Positions 12,614 through 24,427 of a DNA stretch of 37,471 bases are shown one piece after another. Under the pieces are notes generated by a model. It was not told the DNA's origin and searched no databases. It saw only the letters and a program-made list of their open reading frames with translations. The DNA is from Thelocarpon superellum. Its lineage: Eukaryota. Each line of letters opens with the position of its first letter. Positions within the stretch are counted from its first letter, which is position 1. The translations under genes were made by a program, and so were the position numbers. The stretch covers positions 62,001 through 99,471 of the forward strand of contig JAPEUG010000011.1 in the NCBI GenBank assembly GCA_026025795.1, written 5' to 3'.

Positions 12614-12882
12614 ATGAGAGATTCGCCCACCGTCTATACTTCCCAGGTACTTGAGATGCCTCTTCCCACCCTCTCGTGGCACGGGCTAGCGTCCGATGGC
12701 CGTCCTTCCTTGGACCTGGTCCCCCGCGGTCTTTTCCTCGATGGCACGCTGACGCTCAACCTAGGACTACATTTCAGGTAACTGGCGTGCCGTCGACCAA
12801 TCGATCCATCACCATCACCATCACCATGATCTCTGACCATGATGGATGTATAGATCACCTGTGGAAGGCCTCGGTAAATTAA
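12614..12882 (+). CDS. Arginine attenuator peptide (AAP) uORF, 24 aa, 3 exons
   Basis: Exons 12614-12646 (MRDSPTVYTSQ), 12765-12777 (GACTACATTTCAG) and 12854-12882 give MRDSPTVYTSQDYISDHLWKASVN*. It aligns without gaps to N. crassa arg-2 AAP as I recall it (MNGRPSVFTSQDYLSDHLWRALNA). Both introns are GT...CTGAC...TAG. The stop lies 31 nt before the CPA1 ATG. Confidence 0.95.
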
Positions 12883-12913
12883 GCTCGACCACGTTCCCGC
12901 CAACTCTCTCAAC

Positions 12914-14496
12914 ATGTTCAAGCATATCCCCAGCCTGACGGTATTGCGACCCCCTGCCCGGGCCGCGCTGAGCTCGAAGCCGCGCCACCACGTACGAAGC
13001 CTAGCCACTGTGGAGGTCACAACACCTCGACAGATGCCCGCCAGACGAACGCGAGCCACGCCGGCTGCTGATGACCGGGCGACGTTCACGATAAGGGTAT
13101 GCCCCCTTCGGGAGGACGGCAGATGATGATATCTTCACTAGGTGCTGACTCGTGGCTGGTAGGATGGTCCCGTCTTCCATGGCCGCTCCTTCGGCGCCCG
13201 GAACAACATCTCGGGCGAGGCGGTCTTCACCACGTCCCTAGTCGGCTACCCGGAATCCTTGACCGACCCATCGTACCGCGGACAGATCTTGGTATTTACG
13301 CAGCCACTGATCGGCAACTATGGCGTGCCCTCTTCGGCCAAGGATGAGTTCGGACTGCTCAAGTACTTTGAGTCGCCCACCATCCAAGCGGTCGGAGTGG
13401 TCGTGGCCGATGTGGCGGAGCAGTACAGCCACTGGACGGCGGTGGAAAGCCTGAGCGACTGGTGTGCCCGAGAAGGCGTGCCTGCCATCTCGGGCGTGGA
13501 TACACGCGCCATCGTGACGTACCTGCGGGAACAGGGATCGTCGCTGGCTCGCATCACCATCGGCGAGGAGTACGATGCCGATCAAGACGAGGCCTTTGTG
13601 GACCCCGAGCAGATCAATCTCGTCCGCAAGGTCAGCACCAAGGCGCCCTTCCATGTCAATTCTCCCTCCGGGGATCTCCACGTGGCTGTCATCGACTGCG
13701 GCGTCAAGGAAAACATCTTGCGGAGCCTCGTGGGGCGTGGCGCCAGCGTCACGGCGTTCCCCTATGACTACCCCATTCACAAGGTGGCCCACCATTTTGA
13801 TGGGATCTTCATGTCAGTGCTTGTACCCGCCGTGATCGATGGTCTTCCCGCTGACGATATCCAGCTCGAATGGGCCCGGTGACCCGACGCATTGTCAAGA
13901 CACGGTGTATCACTTGCGCAAGTTGATGGGATCCTCCCAAGTGCCCATCATGGGCATCTGCCTTGGTCACCAACTGCTCGCGCTTGCGACGGGTGCGCGT
14001 ACGATCAAGCTGAAATATGGCAATCGGGCCCACAACATCCCTGCGCTGGATCTCACGACGGGACGATGCCACATCACGTCGCAGAACCATGGATACGCCG
14101 TGGATGCCGCGACGCTGTCGAACGAATGGAAGGAGTATTTCGTGAACCTGAACGATTCCAGCAACGAGGGTCCGTATCTCTAGCCCTGTCATCCCTATCG
14201 CCCATCGTGACTGACCCCCACCAGGCCTCATCCACAAGTCTCGCCCGATCTTCTCCACGCAGTTCCACCCCGAAGCCAAGGGCGGGCCACAGGACTCGTC
14301 ATACCTCTTCGACTCCTACCTGGACAGCGTGCGCAAGTACAAGCGATCGCAAGCCGTGTTCCAGCCCCAGCGCGACAGCCGGCCCAGCCCCTTACTGGTC
14401 GACCTCCTGGCTAAGGACCGCGTAGGCGTCCAGCCGCCTTCGCTGGCCAGCCAGCCCCTGACTCCTGCGTCTGCCACCGCCGCCGTGGCCGCTTAA
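12914..14496 (+). CDS. CPA1: Carbamoyl-phosphate synthase arginine-specific small chain, mitochondrial precursor, 469 aa, 4 exons
   Basis: Exons 12914-13096, 13163-13812, 13865-14169 and 14225-14496. Motifs [41 protein letters not shown] (catalytic Cys), SQNHGYAVD and QFHPEA. Arg-rich, acid-poor N-terminal presequence. Orthologue of arg-2. Confidence 0.97.
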
Positions 14497-14676
14497 GTGT
14501 CTTTTCCTTCCCACCGTAGTTGCACGATCCAGTTTGACATGGACACGATATGCAAGTAATCCGGCAGCTAGTCAAGATATCCGTATACCAGAGATCAGAG
14601 GTCTGTCCGTAGCATTGACGACGTGCGGATAGTCACGTCGAAATCCGTCCGCCCCTAGTGCTACCTCGGGCTCCGC

Positions 14677-16386
14677 TCACCACGCCGTAAGATCACCAAC
14701 CTCCGCCTCGCCAAACAGGCTATTCTGCTGCGCCGAGCCCACCCCGAGCCGACCCTCGACCGCCTCCTCCCCATCCATGCCCTGTGCGGCCGTCGACGTA
14801 CCCCCTAGGGACAACGGTAAAGGCAGTGGCGACCGCTCCATAATATCCGGCAGGACCTCGTGGAGAAAAGCCAGGATATGCGCATTGACCTGCTCGAACT
14901 GGAGCAGGAAGGCGTCGTGGCCCTCGGGGGAGTCGATGGTGCGGAGTCGCGCGTCGGGGATCCCGTCCGCGAGCGCCTGTTGCTCTGCGAAAGTGAAGAG
15001 GCCGTCGGACTCGATCCCGATCACGAGCGTGGGTTGCGAGATTTGGCCGAGGGCGTCGGACACGGGCGTGGCTGACGTGCTGGGTGCCCGGCCCCGTGAT
15101 ACGTCGTGCGTGTCGAGTTTGCGCGTGATTGCTATGTAGCAGTTGCTGTCGAAGCGGTGCACAAACTTTGTTCCTTGGTACCGGAGGTATGACTGTGCGG
15201 AGAAGGGCGGCGCGGGGAGAGCGGCGCGTGTGGTGGCAGGAGAGGGGGTGGTGGGTGGTTGCGCGGCACTGCTGAACTGTGGGTCTGCGGCTGCTTGGGG
15301 GGTGGAGGAGGAGGAGGAGGAGGGGAGAGGTTGGGGCTGGCCATCGATGCTGCTCGGTCGTGCGGCCTTGGCGCTCTTGTGCCCGTCGTTGTGCACGGCC
15401 CAGTGGCCCTCGGAAGGTGTTGATGGTCTGCTAGGTTGCTGGTTCTCGTGGATGGTCTGTTGGCGGGATGGATCAGGCGCGTTGCGGCCGAAGCGCGCTT
15501 CGAATGAGTTCCGGCTGCGGTATGTCAAGAGCGCGGACATGCGCGCTGCTCCGAGGCCGGTCGAAGGGGGGTCGTCAAAGGAGTAGTATCCGTCATCATA
15601 TTTGGGGTCTGAGTAGATGCTCTGGCGCTGAGCTTCTCCCCAGCTGATCCCCCATGCGCTGTGCTGGCTCGACGTCGCGATTGGCACGATCGCACGGACG
15701 TACTCTTTTCCAAAGTAGGCCCACTCCAGCACCAACATGCCCCCCATCGATCCGCCAATGGCCACGGCCACTTGACGGATCCCTAGATCGTCGAGGAGTA
15801 GTTTGTGGAGACTGCGGCGCAATATCAGCACGAGGATCGAGGTGATGGCGGGGAAGAGATGGAGCAACATACTTGACGTCGTCCCGGATCGTGGTCAGGG
15901 GAAATTCGGGTCCGTAACGGCCCTGGCTCGGGTCTCCGGCCTTGTAGGTGACGGGGCTCGCGGTGCCATAGGGACTGCCCATACTATTCACGCATACCAC
16001 GTAGAAGCGGGCGATGTCGAAGGCTCGTCCGAGTCCACCAAGCAACGGACCCCACCAATCGCTGACGTCCGCGCTGCCGGTCAAGGCGTGGCAGATGACC
16101 ATAGCATTGTCACCGGTGGGGGACAGCCTGCCCCGCGTGGTGTAGGCGACAGGAACATTGTACAGCGTCGCTCCCGATTCAAGGGTGAACGAGGGAATGA
16201 CGGCAATTTCTTGTTTCTGGACTAAGGTCGAATAGGGGTTCTCGGGCTGGGATGAGACTCGTGCTGACACAGGCTGTGAGTTAGAACCCTACAAATGTGG
16301 AGGGGTTGGGACAGGAGGGTCAAGATAGGCGTACGATATGATCGTTTTGTCCCCTTAGTAGTGTCATTGGTATTAATTGTCGGCAT
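14677..16386 (-). CDS. MET2: Homoserine O-acetyltransferase, ~525 aa, 3 exons
   Basis: Exons 16386-16335, 16263-15873 and 15811-14677. Motifs VICHALTGSADV, GGSMGGM (nucleophile Ser), GLGAARMSALLTYRS, FDSNCYI, SDGLF and SPEGHDAFLL. Confidence 0.95.
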
Positions 16387-18028
16387 GGTTTTGATTGTAG
16401 CGCCGCCTGAGACACAAATCTGTCGGTATGGTGTTCGTCATCCATTGCAGCCATCCATTCCCTTGCACCATGCTCTCAGTGGTATGATGTGACGGGCGTT
16501 TAGCAAAATTCGACAGGCGTGCAATGACGCCTACGCACGTGCCTTGGATGTTTATCGATCACAGTAAGGCGTGGCGGTTGTGTGGCGTTTGTGTTAGCGG
16601 GCTCGTATAGCTTACAATCAGAGGGACCCCCAATACCTACGACACAGGTGCGTCGGCAGGAGGAACCCGACGAATCCTCGCGCTTGCTCTGGCCGCCGCT
16701 ATTCTGCGGTACTAACCTCGCGGCATATTCCAATCACTTACTCCCTCGAATCGTCCAATATCATTCGCGTGACGCGCGACTATTGGAAATAATCGCCAGA
16801 ATTCGTTCACCTTACTACGTCGGCCACACAGCGTTCGTGACGCCGGCAAGCTCCTTGACGGGGCTTGCCTGGGGTCCGCTAGGAGTATCAGGGCCCCCCT
16901 GTGGAACCTTGGGACGGACTAGCATCACGTGCTAGAAATCCCTCCGCGGGCAATTCAAGTGTTGGTTCCCAACTTACCTAAGTCGTAGGTAAGAGGATTT
17001 GCAACGCGTCAGCTGAACGAAACAAAGAAGGTACGCCGTTCAGTGGATGATGGTGTGATCTCGAGACAGGACTGTAGTGGTTGAATGGATCTAGCCCACG
17101 AGACAAGCTCACGGCACCTGGAGTCGGCACGTTGCGAAGTGGCGGCAGGATGTCAAACGTGCCGGACTGCGTCAGCGGATGGGATCAGTCTACGCCACTG
17201 CCGAGGCAGCCAGCTGGGGCGAGGCTCGCTAGCCCGGACGCGCATCTGCCGGGACCTTCTCAATGTGGCAGCTGGCTGAACGACCAGCAGCAACACCCTG
17301 TGCACCGTGGCTAGTTCCCGCTCTTCTGCACACGCACATTCCCGTCCTCTCAGCCCACACGGCATGATGTCCGGGAGCTGGTCTCGGCGTCACGGCCTGT
17401 TGGCTCGCCGACTGCGGCCCAGATCATCACGCAATCGCCGCCCCGTTGGCCGGGGGCGCCCGGGTCTCACTCGCATCGCCCATAGCAAGAGCCAGCAGCT
17501 GGCCACCCTACGGCCCTAGCTGCGAGGGTTTCCCATGATACCTTCCCAATCATGTTGCACATTGTTCACCCCTGCCCGTAGCCTGGGTTGGATGGTACGG
17601 AACCGGGGCCGCATCTGCTGCAGCGACCACCAGATGCCCCATCCGACCGATCTGGTGCACAAGCATTGGCTTGTGCGGAAGAGGAGCGATGGCGCCCCCC
17701 CGCTCCCCCACCCCCGACCACACGCGCGAGATGATGTGCGGCGGGGTCGTCTTGTCCTTCGCCTTCGGAGAAGCCCTTTCTGGTCTTAGCCTCCCATCTG
17801 CCGTGGACGCGCCTGTCTCGCAGGAGCATTCGCACATGGCACGAGCTGTCTTGTCCTTCGATATATTAATCCACCCGCAACCTCGTCATGAACTTCCATG
17901 TCAGGTGAAAGGCCGTTCATTTCCCCGTCTTTCGTCCTCATTTCCTGCGCCGTGCAACCGGCACCGGGAGTCCTGTGCGTCGCTCGTCACCAGTCCCATA
18001 TCGCCAGAGGGATAGCATTGCCGACATC

Positions 18029-20032
18029 ATGCGTTCCCTCACTACCCTAGCCGTCAGCGCCGCCATCTTGGGCGCTGCGGCCGCGCAATACTTTCCGCCC
18101 ACGCCGTTTGATGTGACCACGTTACAGTCCAGGTTTCATCCTGGGGTGTCCCTTTCCTACAAAGAGGTATGTGGCGCTGTGCGCCTTGCCAAAGGAACCC
18201 CGTTCCTCGAGGAGAGGGCGACTCTGACGGACAATAGCCCGGAATCTGTGAAACGACGCCAGGGGTGAAATCGTTTAGCGGATATGTCAATCTGCCGCCA
18301 AACATCTTGGCCGACGTGAATGAGACGCAGCCGTACAACATCAGCTATTTCTTTTGGTACTTTGAATCGCGCAAAGACCCGGCGAATGCGCCCTTGTCCA
18401 TCTGGTTGAATGGTGGTCCGGGGTCTAGTTCGTTGATCGGACTCTTGTCGGAGAATGGACCGTGTCGAGTCAATCATGATTCCAACAGCACCGAGCTGAA
18501 CCCATGGTCGTGGAACAACGAGGTCAACATGCTGTACATCGATCAGCCAGTGCAGGTCGGCTTCTCTTACGACCAGGTCTTCAACGGCACCGTCGATCAG
18601 GTCTCGGGCGAAGTGACGCTGTCGAACTTCACCGACGGCGTGCCGCAGCCGAACAACACCTTCTTCGTGGGCAGCTTCCCCAGCCAGGACACCAAGGCCA
18701 CGGCCAACTCGACGGTCAACGGGGCCCATGCGCTGTGGCACTTTGCCCAGACGTGGTTCGAGGAGTTTCCAGACTACAAGCCCAACGACGACAAGATCAG
18801 CGTCTGGGCCGAGTCGGTGAGCGTCATCGACGCGATCTGGGTGAAGCATGGCTAACAGGATTCAGTATGGCGGACGGTATGGACCGGCGTACACGGCCTT
18901 CTTCCAGGAGCAGAACGACAAGATTAGCAACGGCACGCTCTCGGACGCTTACTACATCCATCTGGACACGTTGGGCATCGTCAATGGCTGTGTGGATCTG
19001 CTGACGCAGGCGGTATCCTATCCGACCATCGCGTACAACAACACGTACGGCATCGAGGCTATCAACCAGTCGTCGTACGAAGCCGCGCTAGAAGCCTTTC
19101 ACCAGCCCGGCGGATGTCGCGACCAGATCCTCAAGTGCCGGTCGCTGGCGGCCGAGGCCGACCCAAACAGCTTCGGCAACAACCCGGACGTGGATAATGC
19201 GTGTCGGGCAGCGGGTGACTACTGCTCGGACAAGGTGGAAGGCGCATACTTTTCGGCGAATCGGGGATATTACGACATCGCTCATCTGAACCCCGACCCC
19301 TTTCCCCCAAGCTATTTCATCGGGTATCTGAACAATCACTGGGTGCAGGGCGCGTTGGGCGTGCCGGTCAACTACACGGAGAGCGTCAACTCGGTGGGCA
19401 ACGCGTTTGACCAGACGGGCGATTACGCCCGCGGCGGCTTCCTCGAAGACCTGAGCTTTCTCTTGGACAGCGGCGTCAAAGTGGCGCTAGTGTACGGGGA
19501 CCGGGACTACGCCTGCAACTGTGAGTGATGCTGCTTCCCGAGCGTGATGTGCGCTGACCAGGGCACAGGGATTGGAGGTGAGCAGGTCAGCCTTGCGGTC
19601 AACTACTCCAAGTCGGATGAGTTCCACGCGGCCGGGTACACGGACATCGAGGTCAATTCATCGTACGTGGGGGGACAGGTGCGGCAGCATGGGAACTTTT
19701 CCTTCTCACGTGTCTTCGAGTCGGGCCATGAAGTGCCGGCCTACCAGCCCGAGACGGCCTACCAGATCTTCATGCGAGCCCTGACGAACCGCGACATCGC
19801 ATCGGGCACCACGTCGACCAACGCCCTGCCCGACTTCTCCACCACGGGCCCGCCGACGACGTTTCAAGTCAAGAATGCGGTGCCCGCGTCGCCTCCGCCT
19901 GAATGCTACATCTGGTCGCCGTCGACTTGCACCGATGCGCAAGTCGCAGCGTTGCAGAATGGAACGGCCGTGGTCGAGGATTTCTTTGTGACAGGTGTGG
20001 CGAGTTCGGCATCAGCGAGCGATGTTCAGTGA
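18029..20032 (+). CDS. Secreted serine carboxypeptidase, peptidase S10 (carboxypeptidase S1-like), ~611 aa, 4 exons
   Basis: Exons 18029-18166, 18238-18816, 18866-19520 and 19569-20032. Signal peptide [24 protein letters not shown]; motifs [30 protein letters not shown] (catalytic Ser next to intron 2), GDRDYACNW and [10 protein letters not shown]. Confidence 0.95.
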
Positions 20033-20516
20033 TGGGAAGCATACGAGCAGACTCGATACATTGCGGGTCGATTGCGGGTTGGTGGGAGTTATGTTGGCAT
20101 TTCCAACGTACATGGACCCAGGACATTAATCTCTCCGAATCCTTCATGATGCTGTCGAAGGGGTACAAAACGATCATGGAGTGATCGTCTGCCACTAGCC
20201 GCCGTTGAAGTGATCGACCTGATGAATCAGCCAAGGTCAGGATCGGCTCGATCGTGCGGCTGATTCGCGACCTTCGCCCGCCTTCGCTACGGGGCCACCG
20301 TGGGCACCATGGGCACTAGTTACTTGGCCCAACCCGTCCCCGCCCGTCCGCGTCCGGGGCCTCCTAAGGGAAACCGGAGCCGGACAGGCGCACTAAGGTA
20401 TGAGACCAACCGACACGCCGCGCGCACACGGACGGGCACACGCACGGACGGACGGACCCACAGGCAAGACGTGGGTCCCCTCCCCCAGTCTGCGTCATCG
20501 AGCCAGCAGCCAGCTG

Positions 20517-20557
20517 CGGATTACGGATGACGGATGACGGATGACGGATTACGGATG
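20517..20557. repeat. Heptamer tandem repeat CGGAT(G/T)A, ~6 copies
   Basis: CGGATTA, (CGGATGA)x3, CGGATTA, CGGATG. About 290 bp upstream of the ATG at 20851. Confidence 0.9.
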
Positions 20558-20850
20558 CCCGGAAGCTGCTGTGCAGTGTGCAGTCTGGACATGAGTACTC
20601 GTAGAGCCCTACGACCATAGCTCTCTGTACCAGAATGAACCACCCATCTACCTCGCTGCCCTTCTGCGTAATGTGACGCGCCACCCCGGTTGACCTCATT
20701 CCAACCGCTGGGTAGCGGCACGACGTGCGTATCGCCGCGTCGGCCCAACCCACTGGCCCACACTCTCGTCCCAGGCCCGGATGGCATGACCGTTGATCCG
20801 CTCGCCGAGTGCTCGACGTCCTCGCTCCACGAGCGTCGCGGTCCGTCATC

Positions 20851-23021
20851 ATGGCCAGCGCCGATGCATGGGAGAAGACCAAGTCGACGAGCAAGAAGGG
20901 CTTCGACAAGGTGTGGCAGTCGCTCGACGTCCTGGGGAAGCCGGTCAACAAACTCTCCAACAAACTGGGGGCCGAGGCATTCTGGCCCACGACCCTGGAC
21001 AAGGAGAGTGATAAGGCGGCCCGGATCCTGAAGAGCTTCTGCAGTACGTTGGCGCACCTCGCACCCTCGGATCGTGGTCGTGGCTGACTGACGCAGAGGA
21101 TGGTTTCTACGACGACAAGGACAAGCTGGAGCATTCCAACAAGGCATTGAAGAGGATTCCACAAGCTGTGAGTAGCTCATCACGACCGAAGATCAAGACT
21201 GATGAGAACGAGGTGATTGCCCGCGCCAAAGGATTGGCCGTCTTCACCACTATGCGTACGGGTCTCTGGATCTCTGGGAGCGGTGGTAGTGGCGTGCTCG
21301 TGGCACGGCTTCCGGACGGATCATGGTCACCACCATCGGGAATCCTCATTCACACCCTGGGACTAGGGTTCCTGGCGGGCATCGACATCTATGACTGCGT
21401 GCTGGTCATCAATTCCGAGACGGCCCTGGATGCCTTCACCAAGGTCCGATGCACGGTGGGTGGCGAGGTCAGCGCCGTAGCCGGTCCCGTCGGGGTCGGT
21501 GGGATCCTCGACAGCGAGGTGCACAAACGACAGCAGCCGGTCTTCTCCTACCTCAAGAGCCGCGGACTCTACGCCGGCGTGCAGATCGACGGCACGGTGG
21601 TGATTGAGCGAGCGGACGAGAACGAGCGCTTTTACGGAGAGAAGATCAAGGCGCTGGACATCTTGAAGGGGAAAGTCCGGCATCCGCCGTGGGAGATTGA
21701 GACCTTGTTGGAGACGATCAAGGTGATGCAGGGCGATTCGGACGTGCTGCCGGGTCGACTGCTCTCCGAACCGACGCCGGGAGACATGGAGCTGGACCAT
21801 TCGGGAGCGAATGGCGAGAAGCCGTTTGGCATTCCAGACGTTGACGACCCAGATCCGTTTGGAGTGCGAGCCCTTGAGAAAGAGGGCTTGGCCATCCGCG
21901 AAGCGGGTTCCCGATCGAGACCATCCAGCGACCAATTCGAGTTTCGACCTTCGCCGACGTCGCCCATCTTCAACACGTTCAATCGACAGAGCATGGAAAG
22001 TGCGCGCAGGAAGAGCCGTCAGAGTCTCGGTCGGTTGAGTGTCGATCGGGGGATTCAGACGGAGGAAATCCCAGCGATGGTGAAGGTGGCGCCCGAGCCG
22101 GAGCAGTCCGTTCCGAATGGAGTCCATGACGAGCCCGAACAAGAGCACGACGAGGTCGACAAGCAATACGAATCCATCTCACTCCAAGACAATACGGCCG
22201 ACACTTCTCACCCTCGTTCCCACCCCCATTCCCACCCACACCCACCTCATTCCGACCCGCAGTCACACCTGGGGCCGCCCCCGGCCGAGATAAAAGAAGA
22301 GGAAGAATTCGAGAACCCGACCGAGAACGAGAACGAAAGCGAGAACGTGAACGAGAACGTGAACGTGGTGACAGTGGCAGCGCAAAAGCCCACCTTGATC
22401 TCCAAGGCACGCCTCGTCACCATTCCTAAACGCATCCCGCCCGCTTTACCACCCAGGAGTCCCGCGCGATCGAGACGGGATGGCCTCGCGAGGGGCGATG
22501 AGCGCGACTCGCCCTCTGTCTCGCCGCGGTCTTCGTCGCTGCTTTCGCCCTCGCCTCTGTCGGTTCCGCTCACCGAGGAAGAAGGACCGCACCATTTCTC
22601 GAATGGGACGGATGTCGGGACTTCTACTTCTCCTTCAACATCGGCCGCCGCTACCGAGACGGAGGGAGACGGAAAGACCGAGAAAGAATCCGACGAGACA
22701 ACGCCACAGACACAGACACAGACCCAGAGACAGTCACGCGAAATAGGAGGAGAAGGAGAAGGGGTAGGACTGGGATTGGGACTGCATCTAGGACCGGGAC
22801 AGGGAGACGTGGGGGTTTCAACAACAGCGGCAACGACAGCGGCAGAAGAATTCCATTCCGTGCCGGGCACACCTACGCCTACGGAAGACTTGCACGCGAC
22901 CGCATACTCTCCTCCTCATTCCCCCTCTCTTACTTCTTCCTCTACCGCCCCCTTCCCTTCTCCTACTTTCAATCATTCTCATCCTCATGTTGACGGGGAA
23001 ACGGGAACGGTGCAAATGTGA
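20851..23021 (+). CDS. Ysc84/SYLF (DUF500) domain protein with long low-complexity C-terminus and no visible SH3, ~690 aa
   Basis: Exons 20851-21043, 21097-21167 and 21213-23021 (the second intron is in frame and inferred). Motifs GAEAFWPTTLDKESDKAARILKSFC, AKGLAVFTTMRTGLWISGSGGSGVL, WSPPSGI, SAVAGPVG and YLKSRGLYAGVQIDGTVVIERADENERFYG. Confidence 0.9.
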
Positions 23022-23051
23022 ATGGTGGAGGTATGACTACGCTTGTATTAC

Positions 23052-23985
23052 CTACTTTTCACTTCCTTCTCTTCTATTTCTTGCTAATTCCATCTGAGCC
23101 TTTGCATCGACCGTTTCAGGGTCGTCTGTGCCCTTGATTGCCGCATAACCTGCAAAGGCTCGTGGAAATATGCAAATGATTCCTCGTGTCTCCGTGACTG
23201 TCGACCAAAGAGGCCAAGATTGTAAAGTGTGGCCAAAGTCGACTTGTGCTGCGATCCTAGCGCCTTTTCCTCCCCACCAGCGCCCGCTTGTACATGGCTT
23301 CGGCCTCGGTCGTCTTTCCCTGGTCCAAGTAGAGATTGCCCAGATTATTGACTGTATCCAGAGTCGACAGGTGGTCAGGCCCAAGCGCCTTCTCCATCCC
23401 TGCCAGTGCCCGCTGGTACATGGCCTCGGCCTCGGCCGTCTTTCCCTGGTCCAAGTAGAGATTTCCCAGCTCATTGAAAGCATCCAACAGTTCAATGCCC
23501 TTCTCGTCCTTAAGCGTCACCACGACTTTTCCATTGAAGTGGAAAAAAATTGATTTGCATCTGGCAGAAGCCGAAGCTGCATTATCCAGAACTCCTCTCT
23601 CTTAGGAAATGCAAATCCAATGGAAGTGACGGCCAACCAAGCATGCTCATGTCTCATATGAGAAATCAACATCCCTTGGCACCACGTATGAACAACCGGA
23701 TGCACACCATATGAATCTGAGTCTTGCTTCGCTTCGGTCAGGGCACAGGCCAGGAGCGTACGCACAGTTCTCCTGAAATGCAGCTTGCTGCGAACGGCCC
23801 CTGCGAACCACGCGGGTGGATTTGACCATGTGCGAAGATCAGGATTGATCTCGTTGTTCAAGAGACCGAAACCTGATGTCCCAGTCGATGAGGAGGGCCC
23901 ACAGTTGAAGCATCTTCGCAGCAGCCTCATCCTTTTGCTCGGTGGCTCTGTAGGAAATGGTCCAGGTGGTGTAGACTATGAGGCC
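23052..23985 (-). pseudogene. Frameshifted, 5'-truncated fungal NLR-like (NB-ARC/NACHT-TPR) relic with kinesin-light-chain-type TPRs
   Basis: Fragments in shifting frames: YTTWTISY...AAKMLQLWA; PAWF...SYGVHPVVHTWC...LRLLPDA; NELGNLYLDQGKTAEAEAMYQRALAGMEKALGPDHLSTLDTVNNLGNLYLDQGK; RAFAGYAAIKGTDDPETVDA. About four frame changes. No P-loop seen. Confidence 0.8.
23281..23469. repeat. Two near-identical TPR-coding segments with 126-bp (42-codon) period
   Basis: 23281-23343 versus 23407-23469, sharing e.g. GTCTTTCCCTGGTCCAAGTAGAGATT. Confidence 0.85.
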
Positions 23986-24427
23986 GGGAGCTCCACGCCT
24001 CGCCGCGAGGATAGGAGAGGTCATGTGAAAGTCACGTGATGCGGCAAGTGATCTGGTCCGCTGTATGTAAATCGAGTCCTGCTGTGAGCTAGCAGAGCCC
24101 CAGTGTTCAACTTGAGTAACACAGGGAGGCTAGGAATAGGTCTATGAGCCCTAAGGAGCCTCAGAGTCAACTCCTATTGACAACATCTACCGTCTCTGCC
24201 TAGCTGTAGGCCTCGTTGTCACACGGGCGCCGAGACAGTCTCCCACTCAAAACAGGTGACACGTGAGGCCTTGTTCAGACTCATGACTGCAATCAAACCC
24301 AAATACTACTGTCTTGCAACCCGACGTTATCGACAATGCGGAAGGTTTGACAATACCATTGTTGAAAGATGACATGATCTGCTATGGGTCACAGGAAAGC
24401 GTAATGGTGATGCCGCTTCAAGGGCTC

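Noticed and set aside
16972..16993. ACTTACCT (like the U1 snRNA 5' end) in a perfect 8-bp hairpin CTTACCTA-N5-TAGGTAAG
   Set aside because: No U1 stem-loops or Sm site follow. TACCTA/TAGGTA words are common in fungal intergenic DNA.
3760..23021. Possible functional gene cluster (TF + reductase + transporter + peptidase)
   Set aside because: No backbone biosynthetic enzyme. The genes are unrelated housekeeping-type functions.
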